A stretch of DNA of 64,000 nucleotides from a virus (lineage: Duplodnaviria > Heunggongvirae > Uroviricota > Caudoviricetes). A program made the translations under genes and the position numbers. Where the stretch lies: the IMG/VR virus record IMGVR_UViG_3300039159_000198, one strand, 5' to 3'. The number at the start of each line of letters is the position of its first letter. Position 1 is the stretch's first letter. A model generated the notes under the pieces. It searched no databases. It saw only the letters and a list, made by a program, of their open reading frames with translations, and was not told the DNA's origin. Shown one piece after another: positions 20,558 to 30,447 of this stretch.

Positions 20558-21252
20558 AATTCTTTTAATTTTTTAATTACTTCAACTAATACTTCAACAT
20601 CTTTTTCACAATACTCAACAATACCTTTAATATCTTTTTTGTTCCAAAATGCCTCATGTACTTTATTTCCAGTTACTTCCATATTTTTAGATGATTCAAC
20701 ACCTAAACAAACACACATTAACTCCAACGATGCGATTGAACCATATCCACCGTATTGCCACACTTCTTTAGTATCAATTGCTTTAACTTCCCATGGTTTT
20801 GTATCATGACCTGGTAACATTTTTGGAGGTAATAATCCATTTATAATCATTCTTTTGGCCAAAACAGGAATATCAAACCCTTTAACATTATGACCACAAA
20901 GAAAAAATCCTAAATCACTAGTTCTATTTAAGATATTTTGAACATCTTTCAATAATTCTTTTTCATCCGGATTACTAAAAGACTGTATTTTTGTTGTTCC
21001 ATCAGGGCCAACAAATGCGACACTAACACAGGCAATTCTTAGAAATTCGGGAACTAATGCCGCCCGATTAACAAACATTTTTCCATGACCTTCATCTCCA
21101 TCTTCAGGAAATCGTTTTTGAAACCAATCAAAATATTTCTCAAATTGAAATGATAGCTCAGGTCTATTCATACATAAATCCTCCCATGTTGGTTCTATCC
21201 CAACAGTTTCGATATCTAAAAATAAAATCTTGTTTAATGGTGTATTTATCAT
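20551..21252 (-). CDS. PolB-like 3'-5' exonuclease (DEDDy)
   Basis: FLDIETV, GHNVKGFDIP, YCEKDV. Confidence 0.85.
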   Translation of the reverse strand: MINTPLNKILFLDIETVGIEPTWEDLCMNRPELSFQFEKYFDWFQKRFPEDGDEGHGKMFVNRAALVPEFLRIACVSVAFVGPDGTTKIQSFSNPDEKELLKDVQNILNRTSDLGFFLCGHNVKGFDIPVLAKRMIINGLLPPKMLPGHDTKPWEVKAIDTKEVWQYGGYGSIASLELMCVCLGVESSKNMEVTGNKVHEAFWNKKDIKGIVEYCEKDVEVLVEVIKKLKELC

Positions 21253-21262
21253 AGTTATTTTG

Positions 21263-22480
21263 TTATTTTATAAGACTTAAATAAAATTCTCTTCTATCTT
21301 TTGTTACTATATTCAAATCATATTTATCCTTAACAGACTCATATAATCTTTCTCCCATATCTTTCGCCATATTAGGATTTTTAATTAATTTCTCCATGTA
21401 TTTTGCCCAATCAGAGTGATTTCTAACCTCATCAACTAACAACGCATTACCATCAACAAACTCACCATTTTTTAAACTATGTTTTAAGTCTAAAGTATAT
21501 GGTCCAATATTAGAGGCAATTAAAGCCTTTTTATAAAATCCCGCTTCAATTACTTTTAATTGAGATTTCATTCTATTAAACATGTGATTTTTAATTGGAG
21601 CCAAAGATACGTCAAATTTTGAATAATTCTTAGCATAAGAAGTAACAGGTTTTGTCCAAACTCTTAAATAAGATTCGTCTGATTCACCCGTATAAATGTC
21701 TTGACTATACTCTAATAGATATTTTTTGTAATCATCCGAAACAATTTTATAATTTTGTGTAAAAATTTTCTCATACTGAGCCCAAACAGTTTCATGTGGT
21801 AGTATATTTCTTTTCACGTGTTCCCCTGTTTGTGAATTAATTTCAGTAACAGTACCTCGTGTATCAAACCCACAAATTACGTATTGAACATCATCTTTAT
21901 ATTTTGATAATTTACTAAATGATTCATCTAATATTTGAATATCGTGCAAGTGAGAAGAACCACCTAACCAACCGAATCTTAATCTATCCGATTCTATCGT
22001 AGGTTCTTTAAATTGAGGTTCATTAGGATTAATTGCGTTTGGAAGTACGAAAACATTTTTATTTAATTTTCTAATCTCATCCGCAAAAATAGTTGTTGTA
22101 GTTGTTACGTATTTGGCAATCTTAAGATTTGCTGTGATTTTTTCGTTAATCTTATTGAATTTAATAATATCATGAATTGGGTGTTCTTTACCCGGCATCC
22201 AATAGTCATCAATATCACAAACAGTTACAATATCCATGGCGTTTAATTTTTGGATTAATTCGTGAGCTTTTTCAAAATCAGGACCGATACTTCGGTGGAA
22301 TGAAACTATTTGATATTTTTTCCAAAAGTTCATATCATCATATGGGGGGTCATAGACAATATCTATGTGAAATTCATCAGGATACATATTTTGTAGGAAG
22401 ACATGAGGGTCTACAGAACGAAATTTCCCGACGCCCGATTTGTCACTTGCATTTACTAAAACGTTAATTTTTTCTTTCAT
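21263..22480 (-). CDS. Glycosyltransferase, GT-B (GT4-like)
   Basis: DIDDYW, VLPNAI, GWLGGSSH, FNRMKSQLKVIEAG. Confidence 0.8.
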   Translation of the reverse strand: MKEKINVLVNASDKSGVGKFRSVDPHVFLQNMYPDEFHIDIVYDPPYDDMNFWKKYQIVSFHRSIGPDFEKAHELIQKLNAMDIVTVCDIDDYWMPGKEHPIHDIIKFNKINEKITANLKIAKYVTTTTTIFADEIRKLNKNVFVLPNAINPNEPQFKEPTIESDRLRFGWLGGSSHLHDIQILDESFSKLSKYKDDVQYVICGFDTRGTVTEINSQTGEHVKRNILPHETVWAQYEKIFTQNYKIVSDDYKKYLLEYSQDIYTGESDESYLRVWTKPVTSYAKNYSKFDVSLAPIKNHMFNRMKSQLKVIEAGFYKKALIASNIGPYTLDLKHSLKNGEFVDGNALLVDEVRNHSDWAKYMEKLIKNPNMAKDMGERLYESVKDKYDLNIVTKDRREFYLSLIK

Positions 22481-23014
22481 ATTTTTTGATTATATTTTGT
22501 ATTGTATTTTTTTTATCGAAATTAGATTCCCATACTACTTCCAAATTATAATCATATTTAATTATGTTGTCAATTCTAATTCTATCCTCCCCCCATATTT
22601 GAGATGATGTCTTTTTTTTATGAGGGTGCATATAATCGGGTTCATATTTTTTTGGATTGCAGTGCCAATAATCCCCGTTATACTCAATAATTAAATTAAA
22701 TTTAGGTAAAAAAATATCACAAATATATTCATTGACTCTATAAGTTCGAACAACGTCAAACCCAAGACTTTTAATTATTTCCTCAATTTGTTTTTCAGGT
22801 TTTGACGATGAACTAAATTTTCGCGGGTTACCCGATAATGTTTTTGTCATTTTAATAAGAGATTCTTTTGTGTGTTTTTTTCCGTAAAATGGATTACCCA
22901 CCCCTGTTTGTAATTTTACGGAGCATGTCTTACAAGGAGTGTTATCATTAATTTTTCTAAAATGATTTCTACAAGCAATTATTTTATCTTTAGAAATGGT
23001 TTTAACATCTTTAT

Positions 23015-23234
23015 GAATGTCTTTGTCAGTAAATAGTGTGCCATCATTGCGCATTGCGAGTTCTTCCAATATGATTTCGTAACTCATATTGGGTAGCTTT
23101 ACTGGATATTGCTCTGCAACTCGTTGTTTTGCTGTTTTGGTAGTATAACCCACTTTAATGCAGTTTGCAAAGCGAGTATCGGTGTAGGCATAAACTTTTG
23201 GGATGCTTTTTTATGGAAAATAATTTTTACTCAT
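23015..23234 (-). pseudogene. 5' fragment of a GIY-YIG/T5orf172-type restriction-helicase gene
   Basis: MSKNYFP*KSIPKVYAYTDTRFANCIKVGYTTKTAKQRVAEQYP...AMRNDGTLFTDKDIH, with an in-frame TAA at 23211-23213; fused in frame to the phage nuclease half. Confidence 0.7.
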
Positions 23235-23349
23235 ATTTTAAGGCGGGATTTACTTTGCAAATAACAATTCGTTGATAATCAAGTACTTTTGTCGTTTTTA
23301 GATTTGATTTGCAAATAAGATTCGTGACAATAATTAATACATTAAGCAA

Positions 23350-23526
23350 CTTCTATATTTAAAATAATTACAAAAATCAACATGCTTTTTTTAAATGTTT
23401 ACTTAATCGACATAGATGGAAAGTATGTCGAAAAAATTACAAAAAATCGACATAGGTTTTTTGAATGTTTATTCAATCGACATAACGTATTACATTGTCG
23501 AAAACATTTAAAAAAATCGACATACT
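23350..23526. repeat. Imperfect repeats of AATCGACATA, with inverted copies, downstream of fic
   Basis: Several ATCGACATA copies plus inverted TATGTCGA/TTGTCGA in the insert's intergenic region. Confidence 0.6.
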
Positions 23527-23528
23527 TA

Positions 23529-24042
23529 CTATTTTGATAGTACGCCAATCAGACTATTATTGATGTAATAAATTTCGTTTCCGATTTTAACCGAAGAAAG
23601 TAGTTTACCTGATTCCAATTTTTTTAAATACTCACTTGCAGTTTGTCTTTTTGCAATGTTGTTTTCTTCCAAGACCTTTATTTTGATATACGGATGACTA
23701 AATAATAAATCTACTAATTCCTTGGAATATGATGATTTCAATATTTCTTTTACTCTAACTTCTGTTTCAACTTTTAATTCTAAAATAGAATTGATTTTTT
23801 GCAATGTCATTTTAGAAGTTTCCGATATACCATTTACCACAAATAAAATCCATTCTTCCCAATTGTTTTCTTCGGTAATTGATTTCAATAAACGATAATA
23901 ATCTGCTTTATTTTGGATGATGTAATGACTTAAATACAAAACAGGAAGACCTAAAAGTTTTTGCTGAATTAAATACAAAACATTTAAAATTCTACCTGTT
24001 CTACCGTTGACATCGCTAAATGGATGAATGGCTTCGAACTGA
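23529..24042 (-). pseudogene. fic: 3' half of a Fic-family (Fic plus wHTH) gene
   Basis: QFEAIHPFSDVNGRTGR (canonical HPFxDGNGRxxR, G to V), LYLSHYI...YYRLL, RQTASEYLKKL; the N-terminal half is absent. Confidence 0.85.
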
Positions 24043-24355
24043 AACATCTTTATCACATTTAGGACATTTACGAGTCACATAATACTTTTCCCCATCTTTT
24101 GTAATATCTAATGAGTGGCACCTATCTCTTTTCCTGACAATACCTTCATCATTAAGTATTTTTAATATTGTTCTTTTAGGAATCCCAATTTCTTTTTCAA
24201 TTGTTGTGGAACCTTTACCTTTTAGGTGTTCTTTAATTATCTTATTTTTAATTTTATTATCCATATTTTATAAATGTGCCGCTCTGTCAAAAGGAGCGTT
24301 ATTTATATAAAAAAAAAACCCCAATAATAAAATTGAGGTTTAATATAAATTTACG

Positions 24356-24976
24356 TTAAGTGATTTTTTTAATTTTTGTTACTCGACCTTCAAAAATATG
24401 TTTCCCAACTTTAAAACTAAAAGTTTCATTAGATTTTTCAGTACTTTCGGTAATTAGACCATTTTCACTTAACGCTTTTGTAATTCCTTCATTAATCATT
24501 CTTTGAATTAATTTATAATTAATTCCATCGTTTGACTGTGGTTGTTGTTGGGTTGGAGCAGAAGATTTTGGTTTTGCCGATTCAGGGATATAATTATTTT
24601 CTTTATGCCCCATTAATCTTCTTGATTTTTCAATTAACTCATTTGACATGGTCATTGTTGGTTGAGATGGTTGGTCAATTGGATTTTCCATCATCAATTT
24701 TTTAATTTCATCCGGTAATTTAGAATTTTTAATTGCCTCCATTGTAGGAACTCCAACTGGTTTTGTATTTTCAACGGGTAAGGCCGACAAATATGGTTGG
24801 GAAGATTGTTGAGGACTTTCCTGTAAGAATTCTTGTGGTATGTTATATTTTGCGTTTGGAATATCAAATTGTTGAATATCTGATTGATATGGTGAGTCCT
24901 GTCTTCTTGGACTATCTGTTTGACCCATAATTGCTCTAGCGTTTGACATTGCTAATTTTTGCATTAAATCACTCAT
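24356..24976 (-). CDS. Hypothetical Q/P-rich protein
   Basis: 206 aa ORF; SKLPDEIKKLMMENPI; C-terminal FKVGKHIFEG. Confidence 0.7.
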   Translation of the reverse strand: MSDLMQKLAMSNARAIMGQTDSPRRQDSPYQSDIQQFDIPNAKYNIPQEFLQESPQQSSQPYLSALPVENTKPVGVPTMEAIKNSKLPDEIKKLMMENPIDQPSQPTMTMSNELIEKSRRLMGHKENNYIPESAKPKSSAPTQQQPQSNDGINYKLIQRMINEGITKALSENGLITESTEKSNETFSFKVGKHIFEGRVTKIKKIT

Positions 24977-25037
24977 AAGTTTTTAATTTTAGTGTAATCA
25001 TAATTGATATTATGATTTTGTAATTATAAGGTTAAAA

Positions 25038-25703
25038 TTATTTTTTTAATTTATTAGTTATTGTTGTTCTTAACATCGACTTTTCGGCATCTGTTAATCG
25101 TTTACCGGTTTCAGTTTCTATTGCAGAATAAATTCGTTTGAAGGCTTCTGCCGATTTAGATAAATCAAATCCTGTTTCACCATATTTTTGAGTAAATTCA
25201 TTGGTTAATGAATTTATGGTTCTGTTGATAATCCCATCATAACTATTTGGTTGTGGTGTTTGTTGAGGTACTTCAGGTGTTTGTCTTAAATCTTGTGGTA
25301 TTATTGATGGTTGAGCTGGTTGACTAAAATTAGCCAAAGTTATTATTGATGTCATACTTCTATCTCCATTTGGATTAAAATTAGGTCTCATTTCATTAAA
25401 GACTTGTCCATTTGGTTTATATGATGTTATTTTATCTAATCTAAAAAGTCTCCAACCTGGTAACGGTTGAGTTCCTAATGTTGCGGTGTGTGAAGCACCT
25501 TCGTAATCCCAAGCCCTCAAAACTTTATTACCCGCCTTACTAACTCCAAGACACACGGGTTCAATAGTTCTTAAACCATCACCTCCCGGGGCGTCACCAG
25601 TGTAGTATAACACGATAACTTGTTTCTTTTTGATTGAGTCAACGACACTATCAATAGAAGCAATTTCTAAAATTAAACTTTTAAGAGATTCTTGTAATTT
25701 CAT
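25038..25703 (-). CDS. WYL-domain protein
   Basis: LRTIEPVCLG...VLRAW...GWRLFRLDKI. Confidence 0.8.
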   Translation of the reverse strand: MKLQESLKSLILEIASIDSVVDSIKKKQVIVLYYTGDAPGGDGLRTIEPVCLGVSKAGNKVLRAWDYEGASHTATLGTQPLPGWRLFRLDKITSYKPNGQVFNEMRPNFNPNGDRSMTSIITLANFSQPAQPSIIPQDLRQTPEVPQQTPQPNSYDGIINRTINSLTNEFTQKYGETGFDLSKSAEAFKRIYSAIETETGKRLTDAEKSMLRTTITNKLKK

Positions 25704-26002
25704 TATAACGAGAAATTTGGATATCCGTTAGATGAATTAAATTTATTTATTTTAATTTCACTTTTTCTCTCAACAATATCTGTTGATGTACCGGCATTTA
25801 CATTATACACATCAAGGAATGCTCCGGTTCCTCTACCCATAGAATCACCATCAGCTACGGCATCTCTATTCACAGAAGAATATTCATTACCAGCCGCGTT
25901 ATAATCGTTTTTAGGTATTAATTTAGCTCTTTCCTTATCGGCAATTGCCGTAAGGTTATTTTCCACATTTTGTGATAAATCAATTGTAATTTCGTTAGCC
26001 AT
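25703..26002 (-). CDS. Hypothetical protein
   Basis: 99 aa coupled ORF. Confidence 0.7.
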   Translation of the reverse strand: MANEITIDLSQNVENNLTAIADKERAKLIPKNDYNAAGNEYSSVNRDAVADGDSMGRGTGAFLDVYNVNAGTSTDIVERKSEIKINKFNSSNGYPNFSL

Positions 26003-26004
26003 GA

Positions 26005-26481
26005 TTATAGTTTTAACATTATTTCGTTTATTCTTTTCAAGGTGTCTTTAACCGCCTCATCATATCGTTCAACAGTTTTAGAATGTTCTTGAGATTTTCT
26101 TACATTGGTAAAATCTTTTTTCTCGTGAGGTTTGATATATGAATTTTGCATTCCTGTATCCATTTTGTTTCGTTTGGTTAAATCCCCAAACTCCCTCATT
26201 TTACGTAATTCATCATTAACCCAATTTTTCATAATTGCACCCCCATTTAAAATAAATGATGGTTCATTTTGATTACCGATAAAATTATCAAAAAAGTTTT
26301 TAATCCTTTTTAATTGTTTGTATTCGATATAGTTTTTGGTTTGTAATTCCTTATTACGATTAAACCCCTCGGTATTCTCATCCGCACCTTTAACCATACG
26401 GAAACATTTTTTCATATGTTCCTGTTTGTCTTTTGGAAATTCAATTTCACCTTTGGAAGAGTTGTATAGGTCTTTATTCAC
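26005..26481 (-). CDS. Hypothetical protein
   Basis: 158 aa coupled ORF. Confidence 0.7.
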   Translation of the reverse strand: MNKDLYNSSKGEIEFPKDKQEHMKKCFRMVKGADENTEGFNRNKELQTKNYIEYKQLKRIKNFFDNFIGNQNEPSFILNGGAIMKNWVNDELRKMREFGDLTKRNKMDTGMQNSYIKPHEKKDFTNVRKSQEHSKTVERYDEAVKDTLKRINEIMLKL

Positions 26482-27286
26482 TTTTTAACATTTTAATTAA
26501 ATCGGAAACAGAAATACCTTCTTTCTCGGCTTGTTTCTTTAAAACTGTTAAATTTCTTTTTAACATTCTTGATGTCTCCAAATCTTTTTTGTTTACATCA
26601 CCATTGCCTGAGGATTTTGTTTTAACCAATAAATCTTCAACAACTTTAATCGCTTTTTGTTTTTGTATTTCAGATAATGTCGCTCTTGTTATAAAATTCT
26701 TGTCTTTATAATATGGAGATTTTTTATCTTTTTTTCCTGTTGGGTCTTGTCCTTTTTGTTTTGTTCTATCTTTAGCCTCATCAGGAGTCATACCCATATC
26801 GTTAACTAAGTAGTCAAATGTTTCTTCCCCATCCATATCTTCAGTTTCTTCATACCCAAATGCTCCGGACATATCAATTTCCTCAATTTCCTCAACAGAT
26901 TCACCGTAATAACTTCTATAACCACGAGCAATCGGGTCATTAGTAATACGAGCCATACTAACAGTTTGGTCCATTGTTTTTCTTGGGTGAAGTTTTGGGT
27001 CAAGAATTGGAATTGCCGAGTTTGACATTGCACCATCAGAATTTACTAATTCTTCTAAATCAGCTTTAATTGATTTAGTTGTTTTCTTTTTTTTGTCTTT
27101 TACGGTTTTTTCTAAATAATTTTTAACTTTATTACCTTTCTTTTTGTCAAAGTGAATAACCTCATCTTTTTTACGGGATTCGGTTAATGTCTCCTCTGCA
27201 GAGAAATACAAGGAGTATTTGTCCCCCTTATCCCTAAGAAGAAAGTAATACGGTGATGAAAAAAATTCTGTATCTACGCTAATCAT
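26474..27286 (-). CDS. Hypothetical protein
   Basis: 270 aa ORF with GTATTTAT upstream. Confidence 0.7.
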   Translation of the reverse strand: MISVDTEFFSSPYYFLLRDKGDKYSLYFSAEETLTESRKKDEVIHFDKKKGNKVKNYLEKTVKDKKKKTTKSIKADLEELVNSDGAMSNSAIPILDPKLHPRKTMDQTVSMARITNDPIARGYRSYYGESVEEIEEIDMSGAFGYEETEDMDGEETFDYLVNDMGMTPDEAKDRTKQKGQDPTGKKDKKSPYYKDKNFITRATLSEIQKQKAIKVVEDLLVKTKSSGNGDVNKKDLETSRMLKRNLTVLKKQAEKEGISVSDLIKMLKSE

Positions 27287-27300
27287 CTATTCTTTTTAAT

Positions 27301-27329
27301 TATAAATACTACGAATGAAGGTATTTATC
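27301..27329. promoter_or_regulatory. Divergent pair of putative phage late promoters (GTATTTAT on each strand)
   Basis: TATAAATAC at 27301-27309 and GTATTTATC at 27321-27329 in a 45-bp divergent gap. Confidence 0.6.
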
Positions 27330-27331
27330 AA

Positions 27332-29272
27332 TTGTATATGGCATATCAAAACATTAATCAGTATAATTTTAGACGATGGGGTCTAAAACCGGTGAATGAA
27401 ATCACCGATATTTGTCTTGCTTCAGATGAAAAAGATTACGACCAAGAGGTTGTATTCTCACCTTTACTTATTGGAGAATTGGATGGTAATAGAATGCCGT
27501 TTAGGTTTAATTTTAATAGTTCGGGAACCACATTATGTGGAACAAGTGAATGTGATTTTGACCACGATACAATAGTTTCGGAGAATTATTGGAACCCAAC
27601 CGATACTGACCCAAATTTATGTCCAATTATTACCGACTTATGTGATGTTGGATTAACAGGAATTGATAATGGCTTAGTTAAAGAAATGTCCGGAGAAACA
27701 ATTCAAATCAATACAGGACTTTACGAGACACAATCCGACAAATTTAGTAGATACAAATACGATAGAAGGATGAAGATGCACCCAATCACTGGGTTCACAA
27801 CATCCGAAAATAGACTATGGAATGATAATTCCTATTCATACGATTTATCTTATACAAATGCCGGTGGAGATATTGGTAATGTCGCCCGATTACAAGGAGG
27901 ATTTTTTCAAGGGTTTTATAAGATTGCCGGTTATGATTATCAAGTTTTTCCTCAGAGACCTAATCTTGGGTGGACTGCGGAATTTATGATAAGACATAGA
28001 TGGACAGGAGATACTTCGGGAGGATTAAATGAAAGGTACCCAAATAATAAAGGAACATTCTTTTATATGGGGGCGAGAGCTGAAAATAAGTTTTATCATT
28101 ATCCATATGGTTCACCAGTTCAAGATACAGGATATACCAGAGTTACATCAGGTTTAACCTGTATGGATACTTGTACTTGTAATTTATTGGGTAGTAATCC
28201 TCATGATTGTTTGAAAGTTTATCAACAATCAGGTATTACATCATATAATTGTACTTGTGGTTGTAATGGGGATTGTGCTGTGAGCGCTCAATATCCGGAA
28301 ACGGACCCGCTGTATGACGGAGTTTCAAACGCCTTATCTCTACGATTGAGTGGTGATACGGGTAGCCCTAGACTATGTGTTAAAACATATCGTATTACCG
28401 GAGGTTGTGAAACAACTGGAACTTGTTTAACGGGAATTACATATACGACCGGAACATCGGTTACTGAATGGTGTTCCACAAGAGGAATTTTTGATGAATG
28501 TAGTGGTACTACTTATTCAAATGTAGAACATTGGGTACAAATTGATGCTGTCTTTCAGAGAAATCAGTGGTTTGATACTTGTGAATTAGTTAATATGGGT
28601 GGATTAGGTTTAATCACCAAACAAGTTTATACCGCAACAAGTGCAAATAATAGCGTTAGTTTAATTGAGCCACCAATAACTCACGAAGAGGTTTATGACC
28701 CGGCAACAACCGAAATTGTTAAATTTAATGACAATTGGACGGCAGAAGAAAAATATCGTTTGGGTACTATGAAGTTTTATGTGAATGGTAAATTATTCTT
28801 GGTTGCTGAGGACTTTGAAGAAATAATTCCGAGATTACTTAACACTCCAAAAGAAAGACAAATTGGGGTCGGATATAACATTTCATTAGGAGGTGGAACT
28901 CAAGGTTTGCATGATAATTTAACATTTTCAGGTGGATGTCCTCCAAGTTTGGGAGAGATGGTTTATCAACAAGACCCGGAATGTTTAACGACTCATGATT
29001 TAGATAACACAATTTATTCAGGTCTTACAACACATATTAAATTAGAAGAATATTTTGGTGGTAGTATGATTGGTGATATTAGCACTTTTAGAATGTACAC
29101 AGAACCATTGATTGCATCTCAAGTTAAACATAATTTTAATTTATTAAAAAACAAATATAATTTACTAAACCCTAATTGCATTAATTGTAGTATTATTATA
29201 CCAAATAATGATTTATACTATCTATCTATACCAAGTAATGATTTGTATTATGAATTAATAAACACCCCATAA
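27332..29272 (+). CDS. Cys-rich putative virion protein with LamG/concanavalin-like fold
   Basis: MKFYVNGKL...GDISTFRMYTEPL LamG-like motifs; many Cys, Thr and Gly. Confidence 0.55.
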   Translation: MYMAYQNINQYNFRRWGLKPVNEITDICLASDEKDYDQEVVFSPLLIGELDGNRMPFRFNFNSSGTTLCGTSECDFDHDTIVSENYWNPTDTDPNLCPIITDLCDVGLTGIDNGLVKEMSGETIQINTGLYETQSDKFSRYKYDRRMKMHPITGFTTSENRLWNDNSYSYDLSYTNAGGDIGNVARLQGGFFQGFYKIAGYDYQVFPQRPNLGWTAEFMIRHRWTGDTSGGLNERYPNNKGTFFYMGARAENKFYHYPYGSPVQDTGYTRVTSGLTCMDTCTCNLLGSNPHDCLKVYQQSGITSYNCTCGCNGDCAVSAQYPETDPLYDGVSNALSLRLSGDTGSPRLCVKTYRITGGCETTGTCLTGITYTTGTSVTEWCSTRGIFDECSGTTYSNVEHWVQIDAVFQRNQWFDTCELVNMGGLGLITKQVYTATSANNSVSLIEPPITHEEVYDPATTEIVKFNDNWTAEEKYRLGTMKFYVNGKLFLVAEDFEEIIPRLLNTPKERQIGVGYNISLGGGTQGLHDNLTFSGGCPPSLGEMVYQQDPECLTTHDLDNTIYSGLTTHIKLEEYFGGSMIGDISTFRMYTEPLIASQVKHNFNLLKNKYNLLNPNCINCSIIIPNNDLYYLSIPSNDLYYELINTP

Positions 29273-29284
29273 TCAAAAAAAAAA

Positions 29285-29851
29285 GTGTCGAATTGTAATC
29301 AATATCAAATCACAAATTATAATAATGTTGAAATAGGTTATTATAAATGGACGGGTTGTACCGGAATTATAAGTGTTTCACAAGTTAATCCATTACAAAC
29401 TGATTATATATGTGCTGATGAGTTACTTCAGGAATCATATGGAGCACCATTAACAATATATAATATTGGTTTATGTCCATCAAATACACCAACAACATCA
29501 ATAACCCCTTCGGTTACGCCCACCGTTAGTATTACTCCAACACCTATAACTCAAACACCAACCCCAACAAATACTGCAACCCCGTCAAACACTCCACAAC
29601 CGGTTTATATTCAAAATTTAAGAACGGGGGGTTGGTATCAAAATGTGTGTGAATCAGTTAATCAATTTGCTAATCCTGTAAATGTCGAAGTTTATAGTAT
29701 AAAACCTTTTTATTTATTAAATGTTGGAGACCATGTATTTGGTAATCGATTAATGACCATACCACCAGTTAACGCAAACTTTACAATATCTGATGGAGGT
29801 AGATTCATTCAAATCTCGGGGACATTAATTATAAATCAGGGTGTTTGTTAA
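29285..29851 (+). CDS. Thr/Pro-rich (mucin-like linker) putative fibre/decoration protein
   Basis: TPTTSITPSVTPT...TPTPTNTATPSNTP between small Cys-bounded domains; GTG start. Confidence 0.65.
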   Translation: MSNCNQYQITNYNNVEIGYYKWTGCTGIISVSQVNPLQTDYICADELLQESYGAPLTIYNIGLCPSNTPTTSITPSVTPTVSITPTPITQTPTPTNTATPSNTPQPVYIQNLRTGGWYQNVCESVNQFANPVNVEVYSIKPFYLLNVGDHVFGNRLMTIPPVNANFTISDGGRFIQISGTLIINQGVC

Positions 29852-29889
29852 ATAAAAAATTAAAACAGAATAATTAAGTATTTATTGAT

Positions 29890-30378
29890 ATGGCAATTGG
29901 AATAAGAATTTTAAGTGATAATTTAAGTGGATTAACCACTAATGTAACATTTCTACCTCAATCAGGTGGGACTATTAATATTGGGGAACAAGTATTTCCA
30001 TTTAACTACATTTCAAACTATGTTTACGGGATATATAATTGTTTTGTACCAACTTATGGGTACACCTATTCTTTAGAAGTTTTAGAACCTGCACCAACGC
30101 CAACTCCAACTAACACAGAAACACCAACTAATACCCCATCCCCAACCCCAACGAACCCAACAATAATCAATTATTACTATTCAACCGACCCACTATGTAT
30201 TAGTTTGGATTCATTTGATAATGTAGTATTAGATAATGATTTTTGTGATTCAACCACAATAACATCGACAACGGTATTATTAGATGGTACATACTGGATT
30301 GGAGAAGGTGACATAAGAAGACAAATCACAGCAACAAGTGGTTCATATAGTTTTATCATCGATTGTGTTGCTTGCTAA
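29890..30378 (+). CDS. Thr/Pro-rich putative fibre/decoration protein
   Basis: PAPTPTPTNTETPTNTPSPTPTNPT linker. Confidence 0.65.
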   Translation: MAIGIRILSDNLSGLTTNVTFLPQSGGTINIGEQVFPFNYISNYVYGIYNCFVPTYGYTYSLEVLEPAPTPTPTNTETPTNTPSPTPTNPTIINYYYSTDPLCISLDSFDNVVLDNDFCDSTTITSTTVLLDGTYWIGEGDIRRQITATSGSYSFIIDCVAC

Positions 30379-30447
30379 TAAAAATAATTTTAACATAAAA
30401 ACATAAAATCAATACTATTGTAGTATTTATTAATAAAAAGAAATAAG

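Larger units (their letters stand above)
23004..24053. other. Foreign (bacterial-type) DNA insert bounded by the 11-bp direct repeat AACATCTTTAT
   Basis: Repeat copies at 23004-23014 and 24043-24053; the content is two truncated bacterial-type genes. Confidence 0.8.
22464..24264 (-). pseudogene. NUMOD3 plus Vsr/PD-(D/E)XK homing endonuclease interrupted by a 1039-bp insertion
   Basis: Removing 1039 bp between the repeats joins ...KCPKCDKDV to KTISKDK... and gives a 762-nt, 253-aa ORF with NPFYGKKHT and CDIFLPKFNLIIEYNGDYWH. Confidence 0.85.

Noticed and set aside
23004-24053. Insert as an IS element or self-splicing intron
   Set aside because: No transposase, terminal inverted repeats or group I/II core; the content is truncated bacterial-type genes
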